From Carcharhinus amblyrhynchos (Eukaryota), in the NCBI GenBank assembly GCA_965287045.1, contig OZ336883.1:48360001-48424000 (forward strand): a stretch of DNA of 64,000 bases. The letters are read 5' to 3'. Shown one piece after another: positions 51,035 to 64,000 of this stretch (positions are counted from its first letter, which is position 1; the number at the start of each line of letters is the position of its first letter). The translations under genes were made by a program, and so were the position numbers. The notes beneath the pieces were generated by a model. That model saw only the letters and a program-made list of their open reading frames with translations. It ran no database searches and had not been told where the DNA came from.

Positions 51035-51755
51035 AGAACAAAGAACAAAAACAGCCCAGGAAACAGGCCCTTCGGCCCAACGAGCCCGCGCCGCCATTTT
51101 AACATTATCAGTCCCCCCTCCACCCATAACCCTTATCTATGCTAATGGCATTCCACATTGAGGGAAACTAATTTAGGGACAATTTATTACCTCCAATCAG
51201 CCTAATAGCACATCTTTGGGTTGTGGGAGGAAACCGGAGCACCCGGAGAAAACCCATGCAAGCGCGAGGAGAATGCGCAAACTCCCACAGACACTGGCCC
51301 AAATCCATGTGTCTGCACAGCAAACAGTGATAGTCACTGAGCTGTCGTCTTGCCCAGCATCTGGTCCAGTTTAAGTACACACTAACGACATGAAGCATTA
51401 GGCTATTCTCGAACATCCAAGAGCAGCCCTAGTACGACCCATCGCGTGTATGCCCCTTGTTGGACAACAAGGCAGACCGACTTAAAACCTGTGAATTAGA
51501 AGAGAAAAACATTAGTATCATTCCACATTCTTTTACATTACCGGGGACGTCCCAATGCTAATGAACCTTATTTAAAACAATCTCCTATATCCTCCCATCT
51601 CCAACCCACTCATGTGCCTGTCTAAGTAACTCTTAAACAACTCCAGCGTGCCTGCCTCCACCACCTTACTTGGCAGAGCATTCCATACCCCCACTACCCT
51701 CTGTGTGAAAAACCTCCCTCTAATATCCATGTTATACCTCTTCCCCCTCAGCCTA
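51035..51755 (-). mobile_element. CR1 3' end with V-domain-bearing 3' UTR
   Basis: Same architecture as 23081-23788: ORF2 C-terminus at about 51590-51750, V-domain at about 51200-51300, tail agaacaaagaacaaa. Confidence 0.85.
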
Positions 51756-53228
51756 ATTAAGATCTCCCACTACAACAACCCTGTTTCCCCAATACTGGTG
51801 CCAGTTCCCAATGAATCAATATCCATTTTGCCCGCAACAAACATTGAGCCCCACATTCAACTCTCTGATCTGATTTACTCTGCCAATTTGCTCAGTGGTG
51901 AGGTAGTAACTGAGAGATTGTTACCTTTGTGGTTCTGCTTTCTAATTTAGCCTCTAGTTGCTCATACTGCCTCTTCAGAATCCCTTTTTCATTTATGTAC
52001 CATAACAACTGAATCCTTCCCTTCCAAGTCCAACTTCCTCTCCAGCTGGAAGGAGGTGCCCTTAATCCTGTCACCGAGTAGGGTAACTCAGTCTTTGGGA
52101 CTCAAGCTGTCAGCTATAAAAACAGTATCTAACACCCTAATTATACTGTTCTCTACTACCCTCCGTTTGCCCCCTCCCCCACCCTCAGTTTGTTCACCCA
52201 CACTGTGGCCCTTGTTCTTGTCCACACAATCTGCAAAAACCTTAAACTGTTGGACAAATGCAAGGTCTAATTTCCCTCAATTGTTAATTTCTGGGTCCCC
52301 ATACCTGCTTCACTCACAGTCGTACCATTGTATTCCTGACCAAGAATCAAATTAGAAGTATTTCGCCTAAGGGGTATGGTTGCTTCTTGGTGCAAAGTGT
52401 TCAAGTAACATAGTGTCTGAATCTTGGACACAGCTCATCAAATCTGAACCAGGTTTCTCAAGCTGCAGACATTGACTGCAGATGTGGTAGCTGTGAGACA
52501 CACAGGTGCCTATGAATACCCACATGCTACAGCCCCAACACGTCACCTGCCTTGCAACCTTTAATGTGTTTTATTTAATTAATTTGGTTTCAAGTTTAGA
52601 ATTATCATTCAACAGTTATCTGTGGCAATAATAAGAAGTTTACTGAACGAAGTTATAAATATAATACAGTATTTATATCTCCCCAGTACCAATTTAAATT
52701 ATTGCTTAGAAGTGTCTTGATAACTTTGTTTAGCAGGATTAAATCTTAAAGCTCACCAACTAACTATCTACCAGCTCACCTGATTATTGTCTTTGAACAC
52801 TTACAGTCAACTTGAGATTAAAAGAAATATAAAAAAAAACTGCACCCTCTTCCCCATCTGCATCAAATTTCCACCTGCACCAATTCTCAAATTACCAATC
52901 ATTCCACACTGTCTCCATTATCATACACCCACTATACCTTACAGACACTAAAAGAGATAGGTTTCATAATTTCTGACCTTCCACTTTACAAAACCTGCAT
53001 AAGGCCATTATTTTTATTATTCATTCATGAGACACGGATATCGCTGGCTGGCTAGCATTTACTGACCATCCCTGGTTGCTTGAGGGCAGTTGAGAGCCAA
53101 CCACATTGCTGTGGCTGTGGAGACACATGTTGGCCAGACAAGGTAAGGAAAGAAGATTTCCTTCCCTAAAGGGCATTTGTGAAATTGGCTCTTCCTTCTA
53201 TAAACTTATTATTTTCATTGATACACTG

Positions 53229-53846
53229 GGGCATTTCTCCCAGCACAGCAGGCCAGGAGACTCAAGTGGAGGCCATGTAGTGGGCTTCCCAGTGGATGCC
53301 ATGGCCTCCGTGAGTTTCCAGATGCCAGGTTTCTGGCACTGCCAGCTCTGTGCCGGTTTCTGATGATGAGCTGTATAAATTATGTAAGTGGCTATTTGAA
53401 TGTCATTAGTAGACCTGGAACTGAAATCTCTAGGGCCCGTTAGCCTCTTCTCCCCACTCCCCCACCAGCCTTTTCTTCCCTCACCCCATGCCCCCCGCCT
53501 CGGGTCAGGTTGGGGGGGGGGGGTCAATGCTGGCCTGGACTCAGAGGGCCAACAATGCAGGGTTGCGGGGCTGGCCAGCGATCAGGAGGCCGGCAGTGTG
53601 GGTCTGTTGCACATGCGCTGATCTTGATGCTGACAAATCAGTACTTGCACAGTGGCCCGCTCAGCGCTATGCTGCCGGCCTCTCCAGTAGGAATAGGCCC
53701 CACCCCCTTGTTTTTCACATGATCCATGCTAGTGCAGTCTGCAGTGCAGAGAGTGTGGGAGATTCATTTTGAAACTCCTGCTGAAGAGACAGCGGAATTT
53801 ACTCCTGTAAATTCAACACTTCAAAATTTTTGGGAGAACTGTCCCC
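53229..53846. mobile_element. Harbinger-like MITE
   Basis: TIRs gggcatttctccca / tgggagaactgtccc. Confidence 0.7.
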
Positions 53847-54559
53847 ATTATTTTTATTTTGCTCCAGTTCCCACCATACATTTTCAACACTGTTGATCAT
53901 ACAATGTTCAACACTTGAACAATTAATTGTTTACAACGTTCTGGGATTGGCTGGTTGACTGACAAATAGCAATGTTGCAACTGGAGTCAGTGATCAAAGG
54001 AGTTAATAAAAGTGGTCTTGTAGGCCCAGCACAAACATCAGCAATCCACAGAACACAGGAAAAGACTCTAATCCCAAACCACGATTATTCCCCAAATGAG
54101 TTATATTTTGTTATATTCATCCTTATTATTAAGTTAAACAGGAATTTACATTCTTTATTCCTGGAGTTATTGCAAATAATAGTTGTTTGAATTAAACTTA
54201 TGAGTTAATAATATCTATAAATTAAATATTTGTTACATAGTGAAGTTATTGGGCAAGTTTGTTATTTACAACATTTTCTTCTCATTCATTGTTCAAGTCA
54301 CTTGATGGAGGATAAGCTTAAATGGGCCTGGTGCTTGGTACCTTAAGAAGGTGATAGGTTCAGCGGGAAGGCAGGGTAGAGGAGGATGCAAGGAGGCAGT
54401 GGTCTGTTATTTAAAGACCTTTCAGCTAAACCATTCAATGCAATTCCATTCAGAACATTGTTTGCAACTCAAGGCAGTTTGTCCTTAATATAACACTGAT
54501 GTAATGAAGAAAATTCCAAGATGAGCAATTAGGACAATTCTCAGATGTAAGGCTGTATA

Positions 54560-55050
54560 TTATGCAATAAGAATCTCAGAAATAAATTAGTTTTGTTCCC
54601 AAAAGAAAGGTGCAGACTGGAGATATGATTGAGGTGTATATAAGGCTAAAGGGTCAGGCAATATGGCTTAAGTAGGTTATTGCATTTGGAGAATAAACAA
54701 ACAACCGGAGGGTACAAATTTAAAGAGCAAGGCTAGATGAAATATCAGTTTAATAGCTTGGTGGATACATGAAACAGAGTATTCCAGGCTTGGGGAACTG
54801 TCTGTGTGGTGTTTGTACATCCTCCCTGTGCCTGCGTGGGCTTCTTCTGGGTGCTCCGGTTTCCTCCAACAGTCCAAAGATGTGCAGGTTAGGTGGATCG
54901 GCCATGCTAAATTGCCCCTTGAGTTAGGGAGATGAGCAGGGTAAGTATGTGGGGTGGGGATAGGGTCTAGGTAAGATGCTGTGTTGGAGAGCTGGTGCAG
55001 ACGCGATTCACCGAATGGCCTGCTTCTGCACTGTAGGGATTCTATGAACT
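54560..55050 (+). mobile_element. CR1 3' fragment followed by a 5'-truncated HE1/V-SINE-like element (about 54790-55050)
   Basis: ggagatatgattgaggtgtat (CR1); gggtgctccggtttcctcc..ctgcactgtagggattctatga (SINE). Confidence 0.8.
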
Positions 55051-55489
55051 ACAACTGAAGGCATTTAATATTGTATTGATTACTCTATTCATAAATTAGC
55101 AGTCAGAGAATGATAATAGGGTTGATGGCTCATGTGCAAACCGCAACTCCTTTAATTCAGTGGATTTCTGAAGATCACCAGTAGATCAGCATGTATCAGG
55201 TTATGTAGTCAGGTTAATAATCTGGAGATCATTGTGTTATGAAATCCAGATACATTGGTGAATGGATGATTGCAAAATGGACATGGTAGCAGAAGGAAAA
55301 CAGCAGAAGCAATTTTGATAGTTACAGACAACAGAGGAATAACTGTATTCTGTGGTTAACTGTGATCTCAATGTGATTAGGTTTGCAAGTAATTATCAAT
55401 GGCTTAAGATTGAGAAACTATCAATTTCTCAATCATAGCCTGAGTGGTCATGGAAACAATGGGCACTGCAACCTCTTGGAGTGTGAGTC

Positions 55490-58400
55490 CATCATGATCA
55501 AAAACATAGAACCCATGAACAGACCCACAATTTCCACATGTCTATGCAGCCACGGTCTGTCAGGCTACTCCCATGGGGATACTGAGGGAGGAATTTTTGA
55601 TTTTCCTGGCACAGTTCACATGGCTTCACCAAGCCTGTGATGTTAGAATCAAAACCAAACCACCAGATGTAACCCCTAGCTATCATCTTCATTTTTAAAA
55701 ATTTGTTCATGGAATGTGGGCATTGCTGGCTGGGCCAGCATTTATTGCCCATCCCTCTCCGGGTGGCCATTATGTAGCTCCATTAATATTGGACATCATT
55801 TTTGGGGGGGCAGAACAATTACTTGGAACTCCCAAAGAATGATTCTGTCCTCAACACTAAGTTCATCTTTTTCAATAAGGTCGGATTTCATTTCTTTAGA
55901 GGGCTGTGCTTTGAATCTATCATTTAGGGTCATGTACCTTATTGTAGATAAGGTTGGATCTTTTTATGTCCTAGCTTTAATCTGACTTGCTGACATTGGC
56001 GAGGTTTCCAAGAAGTTCAGAGATATCACAACCTCTTCCTATACTGGAAAGGAGTCAGGCTTGTGGACAACAGGAGGTGACTCAGTGTGTCAGCATTGGC
56101 TATCTTGGTTCCATGGTGGTGTTCCAGAAGGTAACTATAGGCCACCACTAATAAGGCCCAGCGTTGTGTTCGAGCGCAGGAAATGGGGGAATTGCTTTAT
56201 TCTCTTTGAAGAGGTCCAATAAAGGCTTATTTGGTAAATATTAAAAAGCCATCAAATTTCGACATATTGACAGAACTTCTTCACACCAAATACAAACACC
56301 AATCCTTCTTTCTCAATTTGAGAATATCTTCACTCTACATCCAATATGGTCCTGGATGGGGAAGAAGTTTTTCCGTCCTCTCTTTCCAGCAATGTGACAG
56401 CACCATCCCAAGAATCACAAGTCAACAGGAGTTCTTTCTTAGGATCAAAATGGGCCAACACAATAGCTGATAGTGGTTGATATTTGATTTTAGAAAATGT
56501 TTCTACCCACAGAGCTTGCCAGGGCCATTGTTAGTATTTTCATAGCAGGGCATGCAATGAGGCCAGCATGGAAGCCAGGTTCTGGATAGATTTTCCATAA
56601 TAAGTGACTAATCCAGGAAGGATTTCAACTCTGGTGTTCCTTGGAGTTGGTGTTTCCTTGATGACCTTTATTTTATTCTCTACTGGATGTAACCTCTTAC
56701 CATCTACTCAGTAACCTAAATAGTTTACTTTAGCCTCTTGGAAAATGCATTTCTCCCTCTTCAAATGAATTCCTGCTGTGGAATATTTCTGCAAGACTCC
56801 TTCTAGTTTGGCCAAGTGTTCCTGTTCTGAAGCCCCTGTAGACAAGACGCCATCTAAGTATACTACTACCTTAGTTAGCCCTTGAAGAATGTTCTTTGGA
56901 AAATGACACATGCTGATGAGACCCCAAAGGGCAGATGGGTACACTCATAGAATCCCAAAAGCATGTCAATCATCACATATTTCCAAGATAACTTGTCCAA
57001 TTCAAGCTGAAGATAGGCATGCCTCATGTCCAACTTGGAGAATGTCTTGCCACCTTTTAACTTGGCATACAAATGTTTGATTCAGGGCATGGGGTAATGA
57101 TTGGGTTTGCAGATCCAATTGACTGTTAATATGTAGTCCCCACTAAGACAAACTGATTTGTCAGGCTGAAGAATGGGAATTATAGACACAAACCATTCTG
57201 CAAATTGCATAGTTTTAGTATATTTAAGCTTTCAAGGTCCCTAGTTCAGTTTCCACCTTCTCCAGCATGGAATAAGGGACTGGCCTGGCTCTGAAATACC
57301 TAGTTATAGCATCAAAGTTAATGTAGACCTTGGCCTTGGCCCCTTTTATTTTTCCCACATTTTCTTGAAAAACTGCAGAATATCTACTAATAACTTTGTA
57401 CAGTATCCCCACCCCCTCCCCCACCTGGCCTGAAGATTTCCAACCAGTTCAGCCATATTTGCTGATGCCAATCTCTCTCAGAATGTGGGTGATGAGCTGA
57501 TTGCTGCCTGTAAGTCACTGGGGTCATGGTGGTGCCTTGTGTTTGTAAAGGTTCCCCTGTGCAGGTGGCTAGTTTGGCCTTCGTATCTTCCTACCTTGGG
57601 AGTCAGATGCTAAATATGTCTGTTCTTCAAAAATGGAGACTGAAGCTCCCAAGTCCACCTACATCTTCAATAAATGGCCATTCACTAGTAATTCCACTAT
57701 TACCAGGGTAACATTTGTTGTAATAATTCAGTTGTATTGTCCCTGTCCCTTGAAGAGGAATAACTGCATAGTACGCTCAGGTACTGGCCTCGAATTTCTT
57801 CTGAGGCAGCATGCACTTTGCCTGTTCCTGAAGCTTCACTTTGGCTGTGTCCTTTGACAGTGCTTGCAATAATCTGTCATCTGACTGCTGCACTGTTCTG
57901 GAGTGTGTTCTCTAATGCTTTTGAGGTCATCACTACCTTTCCTTGACCGTCTAATGGTGACATTAGGGTTCCTATACTGAAAGGGGCCCTTTATCATCTG
58001 ACTTACAGAAGCACTCTCCATTGAGGACTGATTATATGAGGTCCCAATGGAGGACATTGCTGCCTGATGTCCCCTGTACTTTTGAGCCCCTTTTTTTCTG
58101 CATGCTCAAGAAACAAGACTATATCAATGGCTTTTTAAAGGTCAAAATTGGGTTCTGCAAACAGTTTATTTTGGATGGTTAGGTCATTTCTGCCACATAC
58201 CAATCTGTCTCACAACATGCCATTGGTCGTGCCTGTTTTCGGGCATGAAAACTTGGTAATATCAGGTGTGAGGCGATTAGCATGATCTGCACCTGTGTCC
58301 ACACAGATGCTCACTTTACCAAGGCCCAAAAATGGCTATGATCCAAACTGAGCCCGAAACGGGGCAATTGCAATTTAAATGCATTTGCATGTATTTAAAT

Positions 58401-59746
58401 TGAATTAATGGGCTGCTCACCCAAATTTACCAGCATTTCCCCTTTTACCATTGTGTTCGGCCATCCAGATTTGACACGAAACAGACATGCTCGGCAATGG
58501 TCCATCTCGGGCGCTCCAACTTCTGAAGAGGTAAGTTCAGAGCTTCGAATGGCTCTCTGGTTCAAATCGGTGGTGAGGGTGGAGGGTGGTGGGGTGCCAG
58601 ACCATTCTCTGGTGACGGGGGGAGGACAGGGGGAGGAGGAAGGCCCAATCGTTCTCTGGTGGAGGGGAGGGAGGCGGGTCAGATGTATCTCTGGTGGGGA
58701 TGAGGGAGGAGGAGAAAGGCCCGATCATTCTCTGGTGAGGGGGGAGGGAGGCCAGATGGATCTTTTTGTGGGGGGCAGGGGCAATGGGGACCACTGCCAC
58801 TCTGCGGGCAATCAATGGGGGGTGATGGAGGGAAGGGGGTTGTGATCGGTCTGGGTAGTGTGGGGGATGGGTGGATAAGAAGACAGTTGTGTTGTGGGAG
58901 TGGGGCGATGTCTGTGTGGGCCATTGCTTCCAGGCCACTTTATCTGCTTTCTGCGGCCCAGGAGTGATGTGACAGGTGCATGTTTTTCAATTTTTTTCCA
59001 CTGCGCATGCGCAGTTCAAAGCTCCAATTGGAGCTGTAGTGTTTCAGGCACGATAAGCCTCACCCACAGTGCGATCTAGCCTCGTGATTTTTTTTTCAGG
59101 CTAAGTGTGTATGGGGGTGCCTGAAAGCAGTTTTCCAAGTCGGATCTGAATTGTGCCCAAATTCAGCACTTAGAATCAAAATGATAAAAGTGGGCCCTAA
59201 GAGGCAGTCCAAGTTCGCAATATTCAGATAATTTCCACAACCTAGCCAATAACAGATTCTCCCAGCCATATTGAAGTGGTAATTCTGGAGAATTACAGGG
59301 CGCTTTGTGTTGTCGTGGCTTTTCATCAGATTTATTAGCTTATTAAAAGTTTTTGAGTCAGGGACAAATTATGCTTAAAGTCAGGGCCCCATTTTCCATC
59401 AACAGTATCACCTTTTGTTTATTTGTCTTCATCAATCTTGTTAGTATGAAGGAAGTAATACATGATACTCTGTGTATTGGGCCCAGCCTTCCCCACTGGT
59501 GTCATAGGGTTCAAATTTCCCAGAAAGAGGAATAATGGCTTTCTCTTGCTGGAGCATATTCTTGACTTACAAAGGTTGTCTAGAGGGAGAAAAAATTCTC
59601 CTCATCGCCAATGTAGTAATTCAGCCTAACATTAGATTCCATTACCAATATCCTTTATTGTGTACCAAAGAAAAGGGTCATGCCTGCGGCTTACAGTCAG
59701 TTAGTCTTTGTTATGGACCTACAACAATGGTCCAGGTGAAGTAACA
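55490..59746 (-). mobile_element. Decayed Ty3/Gypsy LTR retrotransposon (LTR, PBS, gag-pol), interrupted by a MITE
   Basis: PBS-like TGGCGATGAGG (plus 59600-59610); RT GKTFSKLDMRHAYLQLEL, LPFGVSSACVIFQR, VYLDGVL..EHLAKLEGVL; integrase zinc-finger KMKMIARGYIWW..CELCQ. Confidence 0.85.
58230..59198. mobile_element. TIR element homologous (inverted) to 12736-16771, without the satellite
   Basis: Terminus tgataaaagtgggccc; shared blocks tgcgcatgcgcagttc and aatttaaatgca..tttaaattga. Confidence 0.75.
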
Positions 59747-62112
59747 GGTTTTAAACCCCCCGCTGACCATCTCGCATTAGGCGAGCCTCTGCTCACTCAA
59801 TAAAGTAGCTCATAAACTATAAAGCACACCAGGAGCTCTATTAATGATCCTCCATGGTGTTCATGGCCATCATAACAATAACCCTTTTTTGTATTCTAAA
59901 ATTAGGAAGAAACCTACTGATCTCAGCAGCATAGAATTTCAATACAAAAAAGATTTATTAACAATAAGAAAAGAAAACATAAGCACAGAAAATTACAGTT
60001 ACATAGTTAAAATAGTCTTATAAAACATCCCCCTCAAAAAACCTACTCGGTCAGACCCACCTTCCAGGAAAAGTCCCTTATAGATGTTTAACTATAAAAA
60101 TACAATAATATTACCCAAGCCAAAACAGTTATCACTGCAATAAAGGTATATTATGTGACCGATCAATCTCTTTTCCACTCTGCTGTGGAAATCCAAGAAA
60201 CTTTAGAAACAAGACTGCTTTCTGAAACCCAATACTTTTCTGGTTTTCTGCTTGGCTACTTCTGGCTTCTCACTTTTTCTCTGCACAAAGCTGTTTCCAA
60301 GGTGTTTTCCCCACACACAGCCAGCAGCCCCAATGCAGCTCTACATCTCTCCTTGAATATCCTTTTCCCATTTCATCTTAAATGCCATTTCTCTCAATAC
60401 TTTTTGAACACAAGCCTTTCCAAAATATAAAAATCTTTCATATTTTCCTGTGGCCCCATTTTTTGGTTCAAATGAAATTCAAGAACCTTTCCTTGTTTAC
60501 TTCTGAAATCTTTGCAAGTTGTAAAAGTTCCTTACTCCCCTTTGAAATTTAACCACTGAAAATGTAATTTCCCATCTATCTCCTAATGCAAATTTCTAAA
60601 CTCTACTTATTTACTTGTAAATCCACTTTACCATTGCTTCATTACAAATGCACGCATTTAACACCTCTACTCCTTTTTATTTCTCAACCCTGTAGACAAG
60701 TTGCCTCCATTACCCTTTCCCCAGCTTAATTTACTAATTCACACAAATACAATGTTTCTAAATTTTTTTCAAAAAATAACATCCATCCTCACAATAGCAA
60801 GATTTGTTGAATTTTTAAAAATTGATGCAAATATTTATGTCTGAATGAGGATACCCAAAGTTGCTGCTACTTGAAATTTAGCATCCACATAAAATGATTG
60901 ACAACTTTCAAATGAGCACTTGAACTCCAGTAATGACAGAAAAGCTTAATTTCATTCTGTGGTTGGGGGTAAAACTGAAAATAACAACACACATATTTCT
61001 GAATTGGAAAAATATAATTTTCAGACCACAAGAAAGATTATTTTTGAGGATTAACAGGAAAACAACCATGTAAATGGATTCTCTTTTGAGTTTTCATAAG
61101 AGACTGTAAGGATGCTCCTCACAGTCATCTCCATGCTTGAATGTTTAGGCTTCCCTCAGAGACAAGGGCAGGTTTCTGCTAATAAACCTGAAAATTACTG
61201 GAAGTAATAAGTAGTTATTGCATTAGTTATTCTGACAATAATTTGATTAATAATAACTATCCTGATAAGACCTGATCATTTATTTTCTTCATTTTCAGAA
61301 TGTTCTTATTAATTAGAACTTTTGATTTTAAATAATTCAGGTGAACAATTAAACAGAAACATTGGCACTCAGGAATAACCAAATAGAGACACTAGGGATT
61401 TATTTACATTTTGGCTACTAGTCTGAGGCCAATCTTTACAGTTTGGACTCTAGCCAAGTAGGCTCATGGTTAATTTTCTTGGCTCCTGTCTGGCTGAAAC
61501 TCTAACTGTCCTGCCCAGGAGAGAGCTCTGCACATGACTCAATACACACATGTTCAGTGCTCTCTCCCAACAGTTAAAAATGTTGATCTTTAGTGCGTGA
61601 AGGGGAGTTCCTACCCTCTAAACATGAAAAGTAAGTAAACATATGTTTAACCAATTCCCTGGAGGTCCAAAGGATGCTGACAGTGTTTTGCAAATTAATT
61701 TTGACATTTTATGTAAAGACAACTGAAATGGTGCAGAACTGCTATCTCCAGAGAATCTGACCCTCTTTATTATCAAATCCAGTAGTTGAAAATATTACAG
61801 ATTTTAAGGACAACTGTTTTAAAGGTTCACTTCTGTTTTCAAATGCAAAATGAGTTGACCTAATGATGAAGACAGGGCCCAAAGCAGCTGGAGGTGGTTG
61901 TCCTGAGGAACTGCTGTAGTAATGTTCTGCAGCTGAGATGATTAGCCTCCAACAACAACCAACATTCTTTATACCAGTTTGGACCTCAGCCAGTGGAGTC
62001 TTTACACCCGATTCCAGTTCATTTCAGCTTTACTTAGTGGCACACTTGGTGCGCAAACAATCCAAGTGCTTTTGGAACACTGGAATTGTATAAGAATCGG
62101 GATCAATGATTC

Positions 62113-62712
62113 TTTTATTTATTTCAATACTTTTCATACTTGAAAATATCAAGTGTTGATATCTATAAAACATACATGTGGAATGTGGAAAGTCTTTCTG
62201 AACAGACCACATTCAATTTGTACAATCAGGAAGTCTAGCCACTTTACCTGAAGGAGAAATTACACAGGAAGATTCAAATATTCACTTGCACATGTAGCAA
62301 GAAAACCCTCTTGAAAATGATGTACTCTCGATACTCTCAGGTCTTTTGCCTCTTAGCATGAGAGATGCCTAGAGGAGTAACACATACTAGTGGTTGGAAA
62401 ATAATTTCACTAAACGTGCATTCCTAAACAGGAATTAGAGATAAAATGGTAAATCCGTCATACAAAAAGAATGCAGTATTTGTCTGGAATTCTTTCTTAT
62501 CACAACATAACCAAATAATTAATTTTGATGTGACCGTCTTCAAGAAATGCGCAACATCAAGTGTTATAGCAAAGTATTAATATTTTTATTTATTTCAATA
62601 TTTTTCATACTTGCAAGTATCAAGTGCTGATGTCCATAAAACATACATGTGGAATGTGGAAAGTCTTTCTGAACAGACCACATTCAATTTGTACAATCAG
62701 GAAGTCTAGCCA
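62113..62712. repeat. Direct duplication of ~129 bp (62113-62241 and 62584-62712)
   Basis: The two copies are directly visible; the 3' ~75 nt are identical. Confidence 0.9.
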
Positions 62713-62999
62713 ACTTAATTAATCTCCTATGGGATATGAATAATCAAAGAAGAAAGACTTGCTAGGTATTAGGGGTCTGTGAAATTTCTCATCTGTAAAG
62801 CCAATCAAAATATCAGGATACATTTGCCAATCCTGTACTCTGAGCATAGGGCCATGTTTGAAGGCCGCATGACTAAGTGTTTGGACCACAATTCTAGTTT
62901 CTGTGGCCCATGCATTCTTCAGATTCCTAAAAGGAGGGTGGAATTGGTGAGCTTAACTTACTAGTTAACATTAACATATGACAACAACACAGTCCTTAT

Positions 63000-64000
63000 G
63001 GAGATGTCGTCCCATCTTCAGACCAACGACACCCTCCATCATATTGTATAGAATTACCACTCTGTTAAATTGGGTAGACTTTGGACCGATCTCGCAGCTC
63101 AAAACTGGTCATCCACGAGGTGCTGTTGATCATTAGTGGAATTGTATTCAAGCACAACCTGTAACCTCGTGATGCAGCATATACCTCACTCACTTTACAT
63201 TCGAGACAGGGGTAGGCCAACTCTGTTTCAGTGAGCAGGGTAGGAGAACATGCAAGAGCAGCACCAGACAACCTGCTAAAACTATGAAACAAGATGATAT
63301 ATATGCTAAAAAGCAGAAGCAGCATGCTATTGACAGAGTTAAGTGATCCACAATTAATAGATCAGATCAAAACTCTATCCTCTTACTACAGTCAGCTGTA
63401 AATGATGGAGGACTAACTAAACAACTAAGCAAAGGAGGATGTTCCAAAAGCATGCCTATTCTCAGCACAATGGTGCAAAAATAAGGCTGAAGCAATTGCA
63501 ACCATCTTCTACTTGAAGTGTCAAATGGATGATCCATCTTGGCCTCTCCTGAGGGCTGTACCATCACTTGTGCAAGTCTCAAACAATGGGATTCACTCCA
63601 CATGATATCAAGAAATGATTGAAGATGTGAGAAATAGCAAAGGCTATGGACCCTGACAACTTCCCTGATGGTGGAATTGAAGACCTCTGCTCCAGAACAA
63701 GCCATGCCCTTAGCCAAGCTGTTCCAGCACAAAAGTGACATCTACCCAACGGTATGGAAAATTGGTCAGGTATATTCTGTACATAAAAAGCAGAGCAAAT
63801 CCAATTTAACCAATTACTGTTCTATCAGTCTATTCTCAATCATCAGTGTAAGGAAAATGTAATTGATAGTGTTATTAAGTGGCAAAAAGTGCTCACCAAT
63901 TCTCAGTTTGGGTTCACCAGGGCAACTGTGCTCCATACCTTGTTACAGCCTTGCTACAAACATGGACAAAAGAACTGAATTCCAAATCTGAGGTGACAGT
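63000..64000 (+). mobile_element. CR1-clade LINE ORF2 relic, runs off the window end
   Basis: KAMDPDNFP..LKTSAPEQAMPLAKLFQ..WKIGQVYSVHKK..NYCSISLFSIIS and cagtttgggttc (QFGF). Confidence 0.8.

Larger units (their letters stand above)
49640..52560 (-). mobile_element. Decayed CR1 5' region (ORF1 esterase and ORF2 endonuclease) with nested insertions
   Basis: YLNVQNICSKMDKLMAQTEIN (endonuclease N-terminus) and ILKRQYEQLEAKLESRTTKVTISQLLP (ORF1 esterase-like). Confidence 0.7.

Overview
Eukaryotic, repeat-rich vertebrate DNA. The SINE/LINE families (HE1/V-SINE-like tRNA SINEs, CR1, L2, Rex1/Babar) point to a shark (elasmobranch) genome. The only host protein-coding gene I can support is a compact two-exon NK2-class homeobox gene on the minus strand (join 41300..41099, 40992..40454; 246 aa), best matching NKX2-8/nkx2.9. 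It sits in a roughly 12 kb repeat-poor island with Gli, Sox, Fox, POU and NK2 motifs. The rest is nested transposon debris: CR1, L2 and Rex1 LINEs, SINEs, two Gypsy relics, a decayed Harbinger with a swarm of Harbinger-like MITEs, and Penelope-like ends. Most notable oddities: (1) an intact-looking minimal hammerhead ribozyme at about 48.55 kb; (2) a CR1 family that carries a captured V-SINE body in its 3' UTR (3 copies); (3) a 2.6 kb minisatellite with higher-order structure that arose inside a MITE; (4) two near-perfect hairpins. All family assignments come from recognising motifs by eye, not from database searches, and repeat boundaries are approximate. Most ORF-track entries are spurious.
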